Assembly (NCBI GenBank): GCA_002269645.1
Contig: NIVC01001018.1
Span: forward strand, 186,001-250,000
Length of the DNA: 64,000 nucleotides
Reading direction: 5' to 3'
Source of the DNA: Macrostomum lignano
Taxonomy: Eukaryota
Shown here: piece by piece, positions 1-10,400 of the stretch
Layout: every line of letters begins with the position of its first letter
How positions within the stretch are numbered: position 1 is the stretch's first letter
The notes under the pieces: generated by a model
The model's input: the letters and a program-made list of their open reading frames with translations, nothing else
Databases searched by the model: none
What the model was told of the DNA's origin: nothing
Program-made: the position numbers and the translations under genes

Positions 1-1427
1 GAATCGCCCTCAGCCATGTGAATGCAGTAAGAATCGCCCTCAGCCATGTGAATGCAGTAAGAATCGCCCTCAGCCATGTGAATGCAATCAGAATCGCCCT
101 CAGCCATGTGAATGCAGTAAGAATCGCCCTCAGCCATGTGAATGCAATCAGAATCGCCCTCAGCCATGTGAATGCAGTAAGAATCGCCCTCAGCCATGTG
201 AATGCAATCAGAATCGCCCTCAGCCATGTGAGTGCAACAGGAATCGCCCTCAGCCATGTGAATGCAATAAGAATCGCCCTCAGCCGTGTGAATGCAGTAA
301 GAATCGCCCTCAGCCATGTGAATGCAGTAAGAATCGCCCTCAGCCATGTGAATGCAGTAAGAATCGCCCTCAGCCATGTGAGTGCAGTAAGAATCGCCCT
401 CAGCCATGTGAATGCAATCAGAATCGCCCTCAGCCATGTGAATGCAATCAGAATCGCCCTCAGCCATGTGAATGCAATCAGAATCGCCCTCAGCCATGTG
501 AATGCAATAAGAATCGCCCTCAGCCATGTGAGTGCAGTAAGAATCGCCCTCAGCCATGTGAATGCAATCAGAATCGCCCTCAGCCATGTGAATGCAGTAA
601 GAATCGCCCTCAGCCATGTGAATGCAGTAAGAATCGCCCTCAGCCATGTGAATGCAATAAGAATCGCCCTCAGCCATGTGAATGCAGCAAGAATCGCCCT
701 CAGCCATGTGAATGCAGTAAGAATCGCCCTCAGCCATGTGAATGCAATCAGAATCGCCCTCAGCCATGTGAATGCAGTAAGAATCGCCCTCAGCCATGTG
801 AATGCAATCAGAATCGCCCTCAGCCATGTGAGTGCAACAGGAATCGCCCTCAGCCATGTGAATGCAATAAGAATCGCCCTCAGCCGTGTGAATGCAGTAA
901 GAATCGCCCTCAGCCATGTGAATGCAGTAAGAATCGCCCTCAGCCATGTGAATGCAGTAAGAATCGCCCTCAGCCATGTAAATGCAGTAAGAATCGCCCT
1001 CAGCCATGTGAATGCAGTAAGAATCGCCCTCAGCCATGTGAATGCAGTAAGAATCGCCCTCAGCCATGTAAATGCAGTAAGAATCGCCCTCAGCCATGTG
1101 AATGCAATAAGAATTTCCCTCAGCCATGTGAATGCAATAAGAATCGCCCTCAGCCATGTGAATGCAATAAGAATCGCCCTCAGCCATGTGAATGCAGTAA
1201 GAATCGCCCTCAGCCATGTGAATGCAGTGAGAATCGCCCTCAGCCATGTGAATGCAGTAAGAATCGCCCTCAGCCATGTGAATGCAGTAAGAATCGCCCT
1301 CAGCCATGTGAATGCAGTAAGAATCGCCCTCAGCCATGTGAATGCAAAAAGAATCGCCCTCAGCCATGTGAATGCAGTGAGAATCGCCCTCAGCCATGTG
1401 AATGCAGTAAGAATCGCCCTCAGCCAC
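1..1427. repeat. 30-bp minisatellite (GAATCGCCCTCAGCCATGTGAATGCAGTAA)n, about 47 copies, runs off the left edge
   Basis: Unit read directly; rare variants recur at a 600-bp period (231/831, 281/881). Confidence 0.98.
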
Positions 1428-2057
1428 GAACGCATCCTCCTGTCTCTGTTCAACGCAGGGTGGGTTTGCACTGGCCGCCTTTCTGTCTAGTAAAGCACTT
1501 TCACGTGCATCTGATTTGGCCGGAATCCGAACTGACTTGGCTGTCGCGATTAATTTTTCGCCCCAATTCATATTGGTTCTGCACGGTGAGTTTGTGAAAT
1601 ACGATCAGTGTTAACTGTTAAGACAATATGGCCTCAATAAGCTATGTTTGTTAATAATTATTATACTGTCCATTGATTTTACACAGGTGCCGAGTCTGAT
1701 AGAGTATCTGAATAATCTACCGGACTAATTATTTATCTTTTGTCTTCAGTCATTATTGTGACGTTACACATGCTGTGTACTTTTCTTGTCTATAGTTATG
1801 CACATCGATTAATTATCATCTGTGATTGACTAATAAATGATAAAGTATTTTAAATTTATTTCGTGGTCTTGACTTTTTCATTTAAAGAGGTATCTTTTTA
1901 CTAGATTAGAAAGTTGAATTTTAAACCCATTTAAGAATCGCCCTATATGCGTCTTACGAGAATAGAAGTTTTGATAAAGCAAAAAGGTGTTTGTAGAGAC
2001 GCTATGATTTCTCAAAGCAGCCGTTGCTAGGGTTGTTCAGATACCTCACAGAACTTG

Positions 2058-2436
2058 TTAAGGCAGCTCAGAACACATCGAGAAGCCGTTGCTAAGGCAG
2101 CCCAGAACACATAGAGAAGCCGTTGCTAAGGCAGCCCAGAACACATCGAGAAGCCGTTGCTAAGGCAGCCCAGAACACATCGAGAAGCCGTTGCTAAGGC
2201 AGCCCAGAACACATCGAGAAGCCGTTGCTAAGGCAGCCCAGAACACATCGAGAAGCCGTTGCTAAGGCAGCCCAGAACACATCGAGAAGCCGTTGCTAAG
2301 GCAGCCCAGAACACATCGAGAAGCCGTTGCTAAAGCAGCCCAGAACAGATCGAGAAGCCGTTGCTAAGGCAGCCCAGAACACATCGAGAAGCCGTTGCTA
2401 AGGCAGCCCAGAACACATCGAGAAGCCGTTGCTAAG
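2058..2436. repeat. 34-bp minisatellite (GAAGCCGTTGCTAAGGCAGCCCAGAACACATCGA)n, about 11 copies
   Basis: Unit read directly. Confidence 0.95.
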
Positions 2437-2603
2437 ATGGCCCAGGAAGACTACTCGTACCATAGCAACCAGGAGTTGTGGTTCCTATAAAGTCTTTTCC
2501 AGTATAATTTCGATACCTTTAAGACAAAAACAGGGATCTATTGTTGTGGGATTCGCTTTTATTTGGGCTTTGAAACTAAATGAATTTGTCTTCCCAATTT
2601 CAG

Positions 2604-3005
2604 GCGTTAAATTTGACTGCTGGAGATAGCGCAGTTTCGCCGTCAGACGATCCAATTAACGACATCATTGGCACAAGCGGCAGCAGCTACGCTGGCATCT
2701 GGTGGGCGGTGTTCCTGTGGACCGGCCTGCTCTCCATTGCTTTGCACCTCATCGGTCTGGCAGTTGCAGCTGTCCGATTGCGCGGTCACCCAGTTGGCCG
2801 ACTGGCGCCTGTCGTATTCACCGGCGGCCTGATCTACAGTCTCCCCGGTCACGCCGTTAGCAGCCTCTGCGTTGCTTTTGTCTATTATTCAGCCGGCCTG
2901 CTTGGGCACAGCTTCTTCACTTATTATCACGCCGCAGGCTGGGGCGTCCTGCTTAATTTGGTCTCGGCTGTGCTGCCTTTCTCTGGGCTCACCTCCGTAC
3001 TTTGA
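2604..3005 (+). CDS. TMEM170: TMEM170-family membrane protein, main/last coding exon (5' exon unresolved)
   Basis: Acceptor TTTCAG|GCG at 2603/2604 is in frame. Three hydrophobic segments; IWWAVFLW...HLIGLAVAAVRLRGHPVGR resembles TMEM170A MWYGVFLW...HVPAGLLALFTLRHHKYGR (recalled, not searched). Confidence 0.7.
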   Translation, partial: ALNLTAGDSAVSPSDDPINDIIGTSGSSYAGIWWAVFLWTGLLSIALHLIGLAVAAVRLRGHPVGRLAPVVFTGGLIYSLPGHAVSSLCVAFVYYSAGLLGHSFFTYYHAAGWGVLLNLVSAVLPFSGLTSVL

Positions 3006-3039
3006 CCGTGTTCAAAAAGAAGCATCTTCTGGCCCTAAA

Positions 3040-3275
3040 CCACCGCCAAGCAACCCACCCCAACCTCCGCCTAGCCACCCACCTCAACTTCCGCCTAGCC
3101 ACCAACCCCAGCCTCCGCCTAGCCACCCATCTCAGCCTCCGCCTAGCCACCCACCTCAGCCTCCGCCTAGCCACCCACCTCAACCTCCGCCAGCAACCAA
3201 CCCCAACCTCCGTCTAGCCACCCACCTCAATCTCCGCCTAGCCAACCACCCCAACATCCGCCTAGCCACACACCA
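3040..3275. repeat. 24-bp C-rich minisatellite (CCTCCGCCTAGCCACCCACCTCAA-like) filling the TMEM170-TELO2 gap
   Basis: Unit read directly. Confidence 0.93.
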
Positions 3276-3310
3276 CAATCTCGTGTCCAAAAGCCGAAGC
3301 CCGCCAGCCC

Positions 3311-6300
3311 ATGGATCCACTATTCCGTCGCGTGCTCGATTCATCGTCACCTGCCGGCCCACTGTCCGAGCTGGAGTCCCTGCTAGCCGATCCGGCCGTC
3401 CGGCCAACGCTGCTAAGCCACGCTGGCGGCTCGCTGCTCCAAGCTATCGTAGATTCGCTCGCCTGTCCGGAAGCTGCCGGTCGCCTGTCCGGCTTGTCCG
3501 ACGCTGCCGATCGCCTTGTCGACGTGCTGCCCCCGGCCGTGTCGCTGGCGGCTCTGCTGTCCCGCTGGCGAGCCTGTCGGTCTGGCCGGCCATTGGCCGC
3601 CGTCATCCGCCTGACAATTCGCTATTTGACTGGCGACCGGCCGGCCGAATTTCTCCTCGGAGGCGGCGGCGGCGCTGACCCGGCCGAAGACGAGGCCGTT
3701 TCGCGCTGGCTGGCTAACCTGTCCACCGTGGTGTCGAACCGCTTGGCCACCGTCGCCGTCTCTATGGAGCCGGCGCCCGACCTGCTGACCGAGCCGTCGC
3801 TGAGCCGCCTGCTGTGCCACCGGCTGGTCGACTGTCTGGCCAGGCGCGCCGACGCCGGACGCTGCGCCCGCCTGGCCGGCTTGCTCTGCTTGAACAGCCG
3901 GCAGGCAGAATTTTGGACGGCGGTAGAGAACGGCTCGCTGGCCGAAGGCGCAGTCGCCAACCTGCTGTCCAAGGCGGACCCGGCGCATCTGGAGAATCTG
4001 CTAACTTGGCCTATCGCTAATTGCACCAATTTTAATAGTCTGTGCCATTATTTCGGTCGAAATCTGGTTGCTAAGGAAGCCGCAACGGCTCGTTTGTTGC
4101 TAACCGACAAGTTGCTGTTTGTGAGGCGATTCGATCGCAGCTTGTCGGCCAGGAATATTGCCAGGTAAGCTTAGGGCTGAGATTTAGATTATGGATTTTT
4201 TAAGTTGCCCTTTAATATAATGCATCAAATTGTGTACCTGTGTTCTCCTGTGAAAACTCCACCCTATCCCCACCCTGTGAGCCTCTCCCACTCCACCCTA
4301 TCCCCCCACCCTGTGAGACTCTCCCACTCCACCCTATCCCCACCCTGAGAGCCTCTCCCACTCCACCCTATCCCCACCCTGTGAGCCTCTCCCACTCCAC
4401 CCTATCCCCACCCTGTGAGCCTCCCACTCCACCCTATCCCCACCCTGAGAGCCTCTCCCACTCCACCCTATCCCCACCCTGTGAGCCTCCCACTCCACCC
4501 TATCCCCACCCTGAGAGCCTCCTGCTCAGCCCTAACCCCTAGTACCATTTTATTATAACTTTCTATTGAGACAATCATTTAAACATTAAATTAAGGTACC
4601 TGCACTGGGCCGACTGGTCTCTATTCTGCCGGGCACTTCTAGAGGCCGGCCGCATCTGGTCTCAGCCTGTAGTGGTCCGCTCCAACGGTATCGAGCAGCA
4701 CCGGCACATCACCTGGTTCCTAGTTGTCGGCGCCAGGCTGCTGTCTGCCGACGACACCAACTCCAGTGAAGTGAAATCGGCGCGCGATCAACTAGTAGCC
4801 ATACTGGTGCCGGGCATCGCTGCTCACTTTGAGCACAATGCCGACAATTTTCGCTGGATCGGCATGGCTACTGGCGAAGTGGTCACAGATTTGTTGCGAC
4901 TTAGCAGCGTCGGCGGTGGCTCCGATGACGAGCGTCGGCTTAAATTTGACCAGCCGGCCTGTCCGGACTCGAATCTGATTAAACGGCTTGCCTACGGCGA
5001 TCTGGACTTTGTTGATGACATCGACAAGCCGGTTGATAAAGCGCTGCTAGGGACTCCAGATGATTCTAAGAATCTGTTGTCAGGGACGCCAGGTGGTACT
5101 AAGAATCCGTTGCCAGGGACGCCAGATGGTACTAAGAATCCGTTGCCAGGGACGCCAGATGGTTCTAAGAATCCGTTGCCAGGAAGGCTAGAAGATTCTA
5201 AGAATCCGTTGCTAGGGGACTCAAGCGACAAAAAGCAAGCGTCATTGGCGCCCATTGAACCATTGGACTCTGATGACGACGAATCTGACGATGACAGCGA
5301 CGAAAAGCTTCGACCAATTCAAGCGTCCCTAGCAACGGACGGGCCAGCGCCTGACGCTAATCGGCCGCGCTACATTCGTCAACTGTTGGACGGCCTGAGA
5401 GCAACAGCGCCGGAGGAGAGGGACCAGCTTCGGGCCAGCCTCATCGCGGCTCGCCAGCTCATCGCCGAACATCCGGGCGCAGTTCGCGAGCTCAGTCTCG
5501 ACCTGGCCAGCGCCCTGCTCAACCTGAACTCCGACAGCGACGATGCTATTGTTGAAGGCTTTGCAGAGAAGCGAATGGCCGCCCTGACTGAGCTAGTCTG
5601 CTCGGATCCCGGCTCAGTGGCTCCCTACCTGGCTAGCCAGGTGTTCCTGCCCGAGTACTGCACCAGTCAGCGGCTGGACGCCCTGCTAGCCCTGCAGACT
5701 GCCGCCCTGTCTCTAAGTCGGGCGAAGAGTCCGCCTGTGAACGCTGTGGCATCACCGCCGATGCCCACCGTCGGCCGCGTGACGCGTCGCTGGGGCCGTC
5801 CAGTCCATCAGCAGGAATCCTCAGTCAGCGCCTTCAGCCAATTCGCCGGCGAGTTTTTCTTCGGCCTGGCGCGCGGATTCGACACGCAGGCCAGACATCT
5901 GGATCTGATTGGGCCGGATTATCCGGTACTGTGCAGGCTGCTGTACACACTCGGCGTAGTGTACTTTTGCGCCGAGAACTCGCCAGGACAGGTATAATAG
6001 AATTGTGTTTAAAATAGGATTTAATGTCATGCATGCGGATTAAAGAGGAAACAATGCGTACACAGAAATAGCTAATTTGGATGCCGAGGCACTAGCTTAT
6101 TAGAAAACAGCCTTTTACCCATAATAAGCGCGTAGGCTTTCTCCAGAAAACCTGGAATATTATGATTCAGGATATTTTATTGACACTAAGTTACAATCTT
6201 TACAGATCTATGCGCACACTTATAATATAGTGTGTAAAGTTATTAACGATACATATCGGCTATCGATTCATTTCTCTTTACTGACTTCTATTCGTACACA

Positions 6301-6804
6301 TTCTTTGTAAACTGGCTATTGTTTGATAATGTTTAGAAAGTCGAAATTCCTATCTTAACACTTAAATAAGTGGGTCTGCTCGATGGATTCGAACCCGGGG
6401 ACTTCGATTCGAGAGTGGGGCGCGTTGCCTCTCGCCCATCCAGTGTATTGCTGTACTGCACATTTAAATCAATAAATTTACCAAACACCAATAACTTACA
6501 GGCCCGAATGCTGTCCGCTCTAGCCGAGCTACTTCCAGTAGTAGTTCGCCACCCGGAAGCGCCGGTTCGCCGAGGCGCCCTGTTCTGCTACGCCTGCCTA
6601 GGCTTGGCCACTCCGCACGCCCTCACCCAGGAGTTGTTGACCGTTGCCAGTAGCAGTGAGGCAGGCAATTTTTTCAACTCAGTCGACAACGAGCCGGACG
6701 CTGAGTGCCGCCAGTTGGCCGCCTGCGCTGGCAGCCTTTTGGCCGGCCGACTGTCCGAGGCCTGGCGTTCGGCAATCAACTCAGCTTTGGAATCAGACGA
6801 TTAG
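3311..6804 (+). CDS. TELO2: Telomere length regulation protein TEL2 homolog (TTT complex); join(3311..4164,4596..5991,6502..6804), about 850 aa
   Basis: GT-AG introns are phase-consistent (2553 nt total). Motifs RLKFD, LDSDDDES (CK2/PIH1D1-type DSDD), PRYIRQLLDGL, QRLDAL, FAGEFFFGL and LLYTLG match recalled TEL2 features. Confidence 0.85.
4255..4520. repeat. About 34-bp C-rich minisatellite in TELO2 intron 1 (CCCCACCCTGTGAGCCTCTCCCACTCCACCCTAT)
   Basis: Unit read directly; followed by CCCTAACCCTA. Confidence 0.93.
5050..5220 (+). repeat. 33-bp in-frame coding repeat in TELO2 exon 2 (GTPDGTKNPLP x about 5)
   Basis: Visible in both the DNA and the 4672..5997 translation. Confidence 0.9.
6371..6446 (-). 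mobile_element. tRNA-derived SINE head or tRNA pseudogene, antisense in TELO2 intron 2
   Basis: Minus strand has A-box-like TGGGCGAGAGG and B-box GGTTCGAATCC; I could not see a clean cloverleaf. Confidence 0.5.
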
Positions 6805-7404
6805 CAGATTAAAAAGAGCTGTTTTAAAAATCTCAAACATTTTGCGCGATTTTTTCTGCTATTGCTACTGCTAGTAGGCAAATTAGAAAAATTGCTTATT
6901 TTCTAACCGTCGTACAAACCATTTTGTTAATCTTCGATTCTTCATTAATTAGTTAGTTGTCACAGTTCCAAAAACTGCTAGTTTTCCTCATGCATTTCGG
7001 CAATTCATGTCTGTATTAAACAAGATTGAAAGCTACTTAGTAATGCAGTTTTGCTTGTAAAACATGTAATGTGCAATAAAAATGTTGTTTGTTAACTAAA
7101 GACTGCGATTTCGAAAAAAATCTTACAATTCTTCCCTAGCTTTTATTGATTAAACAACTGTTTCCTAATAAATATATGAGATAAACAGCAACTGCTCCCT
7201 TTAGCTAATTAGCATAATATATTAGTTAAACAGCAACTGATAACTACCGTCCAAGCTAATTAGTTTCTGAGTTAGTCTACTGATAAGTAGAAAGTAAAGT
7301 GTGGCACAGAAAGCTTGCACGGCGGGCAAATAAATGTAATAGGGGGAGTCCTGACCTATAAGGGACAAACTCGTAGCATTATATAAGGAAAATCCCCATT
7401 ATTC

Positions 7405-10400
7405 ATGCCTGGCAACCGTATCGATCATGGTTCGACAGACAGCAGCGAATTGACATTGTTTTCCTTCGGCACAATGCGACAGGCTATGTACACTTTTACT
7501 CTAACGCCTAGGCTTCAATCAATACGCAGTAGGCGTTTACTATGCTACGCCGGCGCCTTGGCAACGGTTGTCATGCTGTTGCTATGCATATATAACTTAA
7601 CAAATGGCGGTCTAACGTATCCGCTTAATGAACAGTATCCGGGCGAGCCGCGCTACGGCATCATCTTGGACGCTGGCAGCACTGGGTCGCGGGTGCACGT
7701 GTTCGAATTTCGCTACCAACGCGGCCGCAAGCAGCCCTACGTGCTGGTCAACGAGCTGTTCCAGCAGGTCCGGCCAGGCCTGTCCGCCTTCGCCCGCGAT
7801 CCGCGCCGGGCCGCAGCCAGCCTGGCCGATTTAATTGACGCCTGCAAGAGGCGCATACCGGCACACTACTGGACTAGCACTCCGCTGGCGCTGAAGGCTA
7901 CAGCCGGATTGAGACTGCTCAAGCCTGAGACTTCCGCCCGCATTCTGTCTGAGGTCAGGTTCTTTGACCCCTACCAATTCTTCAGTCTGAAGCCTTCTTA
8001 AGCCTGAGCCCCCCCCCCCCACCAGCCCCTGATCCTTCAGTCTGAGGCCCCCCCCTGCCCCCGATCCTTCAGTCTGAGGCTCCTCCCATCAGCCCCCGAT
8101 CCTTCAGTCTGAGCCCCCCCCCCACCAGCCCCCGATCCTTCAGTCTGAGGCTCCTCCCATCAGCCCCCGATCCTTCAGTCTGAGCCCCCCCTGCCCCCGA
8201 TCCTTCAGTCTGAGGCCTCCCCCCCCACCAGCCCCCGATCCTTCAGTCTGAGCCCCCTTCCCCCTGCCCCCGATCCTTCAGTCTGAGCCCCCCCCCCTGC
8301 CCCCGATCCTTCAGTCTGAGCCCCCCCCCACCAGCCCCCGATCCTTCAGTCTGAGGCCTCCGTCAGCCCCCGATCCTTCAGTCTGAGGCCCTCCCCCCTC
8401 CCCCCGATCCTTCAGTCTGAGGCCCCCACCATCCCTGCAGCCTCCTCTATCCGTCTGCCCGCCTCTACTCCAACACAGGTTCGCCAGCTGCTAGCCAAGT
8501 CGCCATTCGCGATGGACAGAGACTCGGTCGCCATCATGGACGGCCTTGACGAAGGCATTTTCAGTTGGGTGACGCTGAACTTTCTCAACGGCCAATTGGC
8601 GAAGCCTGAGGATTCCTACGGTGCATTGGACTTGGGTGGCGGCAGTACACAGGTTTGTAGGGACTAAATGTACTTTTTTTATCGTGTCTGTGCGACTCAC
8701 ACAAGATCAAAATCGATCAAAAGAGGAAACCCATAATTGTTCAATTGCACTTTCTATCTCGAAAATAGGGGGGGGGCACAGAACTTACACAGAATGCTCA
8801 ATCAGCGATTTAATGAAATTAAACTGCGTAGAAATAGATATGCGTACAAACTACTAATCCGGTGAAGAAACATAAGTAGCCATAGACTATTACTCAAGTG
8901 TGTAGCGTCAACGCCTGATTTATCAAGTCAGTAACCAGAAACCATGCAGCAATCGAAACGTAAAACGTGAAACGTAGAAACCAGTTAAACTGGAGCACAA
9001 AACGTTTTGAAGTGATGCAACTCAAAAAGTTGGATAAAAAACGGACAAGTGTCATTAAAGCACTGCCATCAGTTGCTAACGTTCATTCGCAAAAATTTCT
9101 TGCTCACTGCCCCTTGCTTCCTCTTCCTTTGCCTTTGAGTTTCCCGTCGCTGATTGCTGCACCAATGGTGCAGCCGTAGGCGGCAATACAGCGCTGCAAA
9201 GCTGATTGCACAACTTACCGAAATTTTTGCTTTCTTTTGAGTTTGAGTCTGGGATAGATGTAACTCTTCTGAGACACAGGCTCTTGGCTTTGGAGGCGAG
9301 CGGGTCTTCTGCTCCTGAGCCGTGTCTTTATACAGCTTCAGTGTTGGATGCGCATTCCAGACAAGTCGACTGTGCGGCTCATGACGGTCTTTCGGGCACA
9401 TATACATGTGATCAGCGAAGTGCTGTGGGGGGCGTAGCCTAGACCTTTTTACTTTCTATTTTGAAAAATCTGCACTCAATATTGACATCTTTGTATTCAA
9501 TTTTGACAGTCTGTGGCATCGCTTGTTGAAATGTTCAACCTAAAGAGTATTGAGGTCGCCTAGTATAGAGTGCCAATAAGGATGAAAATCTGAGGCCGAT
9601 TTTCAGAATCCACCCACCCCCTCCGGTCACCAAGCTTTTTAGTCTATGGCACAAGTTGTGTATCGACGACGGCAGCTGAGTCTGGTGACTGAGCGATGTT
9701 GTCTTGCTTATTTGATACATGCCTTTTCTAAGTGTGAAATGTCTTATATTTCTGAGCATCGGCTTTGTACACCATTCTAGCCACAACTTGTGCCATAGAC
9801 TAGAAAGCTTGGTGACCGGAGGGGGTGGGTGGATTCTGAAAATCGGCCTCAGATTTTCATCCTTATTGGCACTCTATACTAGGCGACCTCAATACTCTTT
9901 GGTTCAACCTATTTTGACAAACCCGAATGCAATAGTGACGAATTTCAACTGAAATTGACAAACTCCAACCTTTTTTTAACAATTTCCAAGCAATTTTGAC
10001 ACTGGGTTACAAAACAGTGCCTTTGTCTCGCCGTCTATGGAACAAAACTTGCATATGTGCCTCCATTTTTGACAGATTGCATCCAATAGTGACAATTATA
10101 GCTCAGATCCCAACCCTAGCCGGGCCTACGCGTCCTGACTAATCCGGTGAGAGTTCGCCCTGGTCAATCGCCCCGGCGGGTGTTCGCTGATCCCAGGTCC
10201 AGGATACCACAGACTGTCAAAATTGAATGCAAAGATGTCAATATTGAGTGCAGATTTTTCAAAATAGAAAGTAAAAAGGTTTAGTGGTAGTTTTGGTGAA
10301 GTGTACATGCCTAAAGATATATAAGGGCCGCTATACACTCCTGTGTGAGTGTGTGCCTGTGCGTATGACTGCGTACGTTTCCGCGCGCTTGTGTGCCTGC

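Noticed and set aside
18-1490. 490-aa ORF of (NAVRIALSHV)n
   Set aside because: By-product of a stop-free 30-bp repeat that is also open on the other strand; no evidence of coding.
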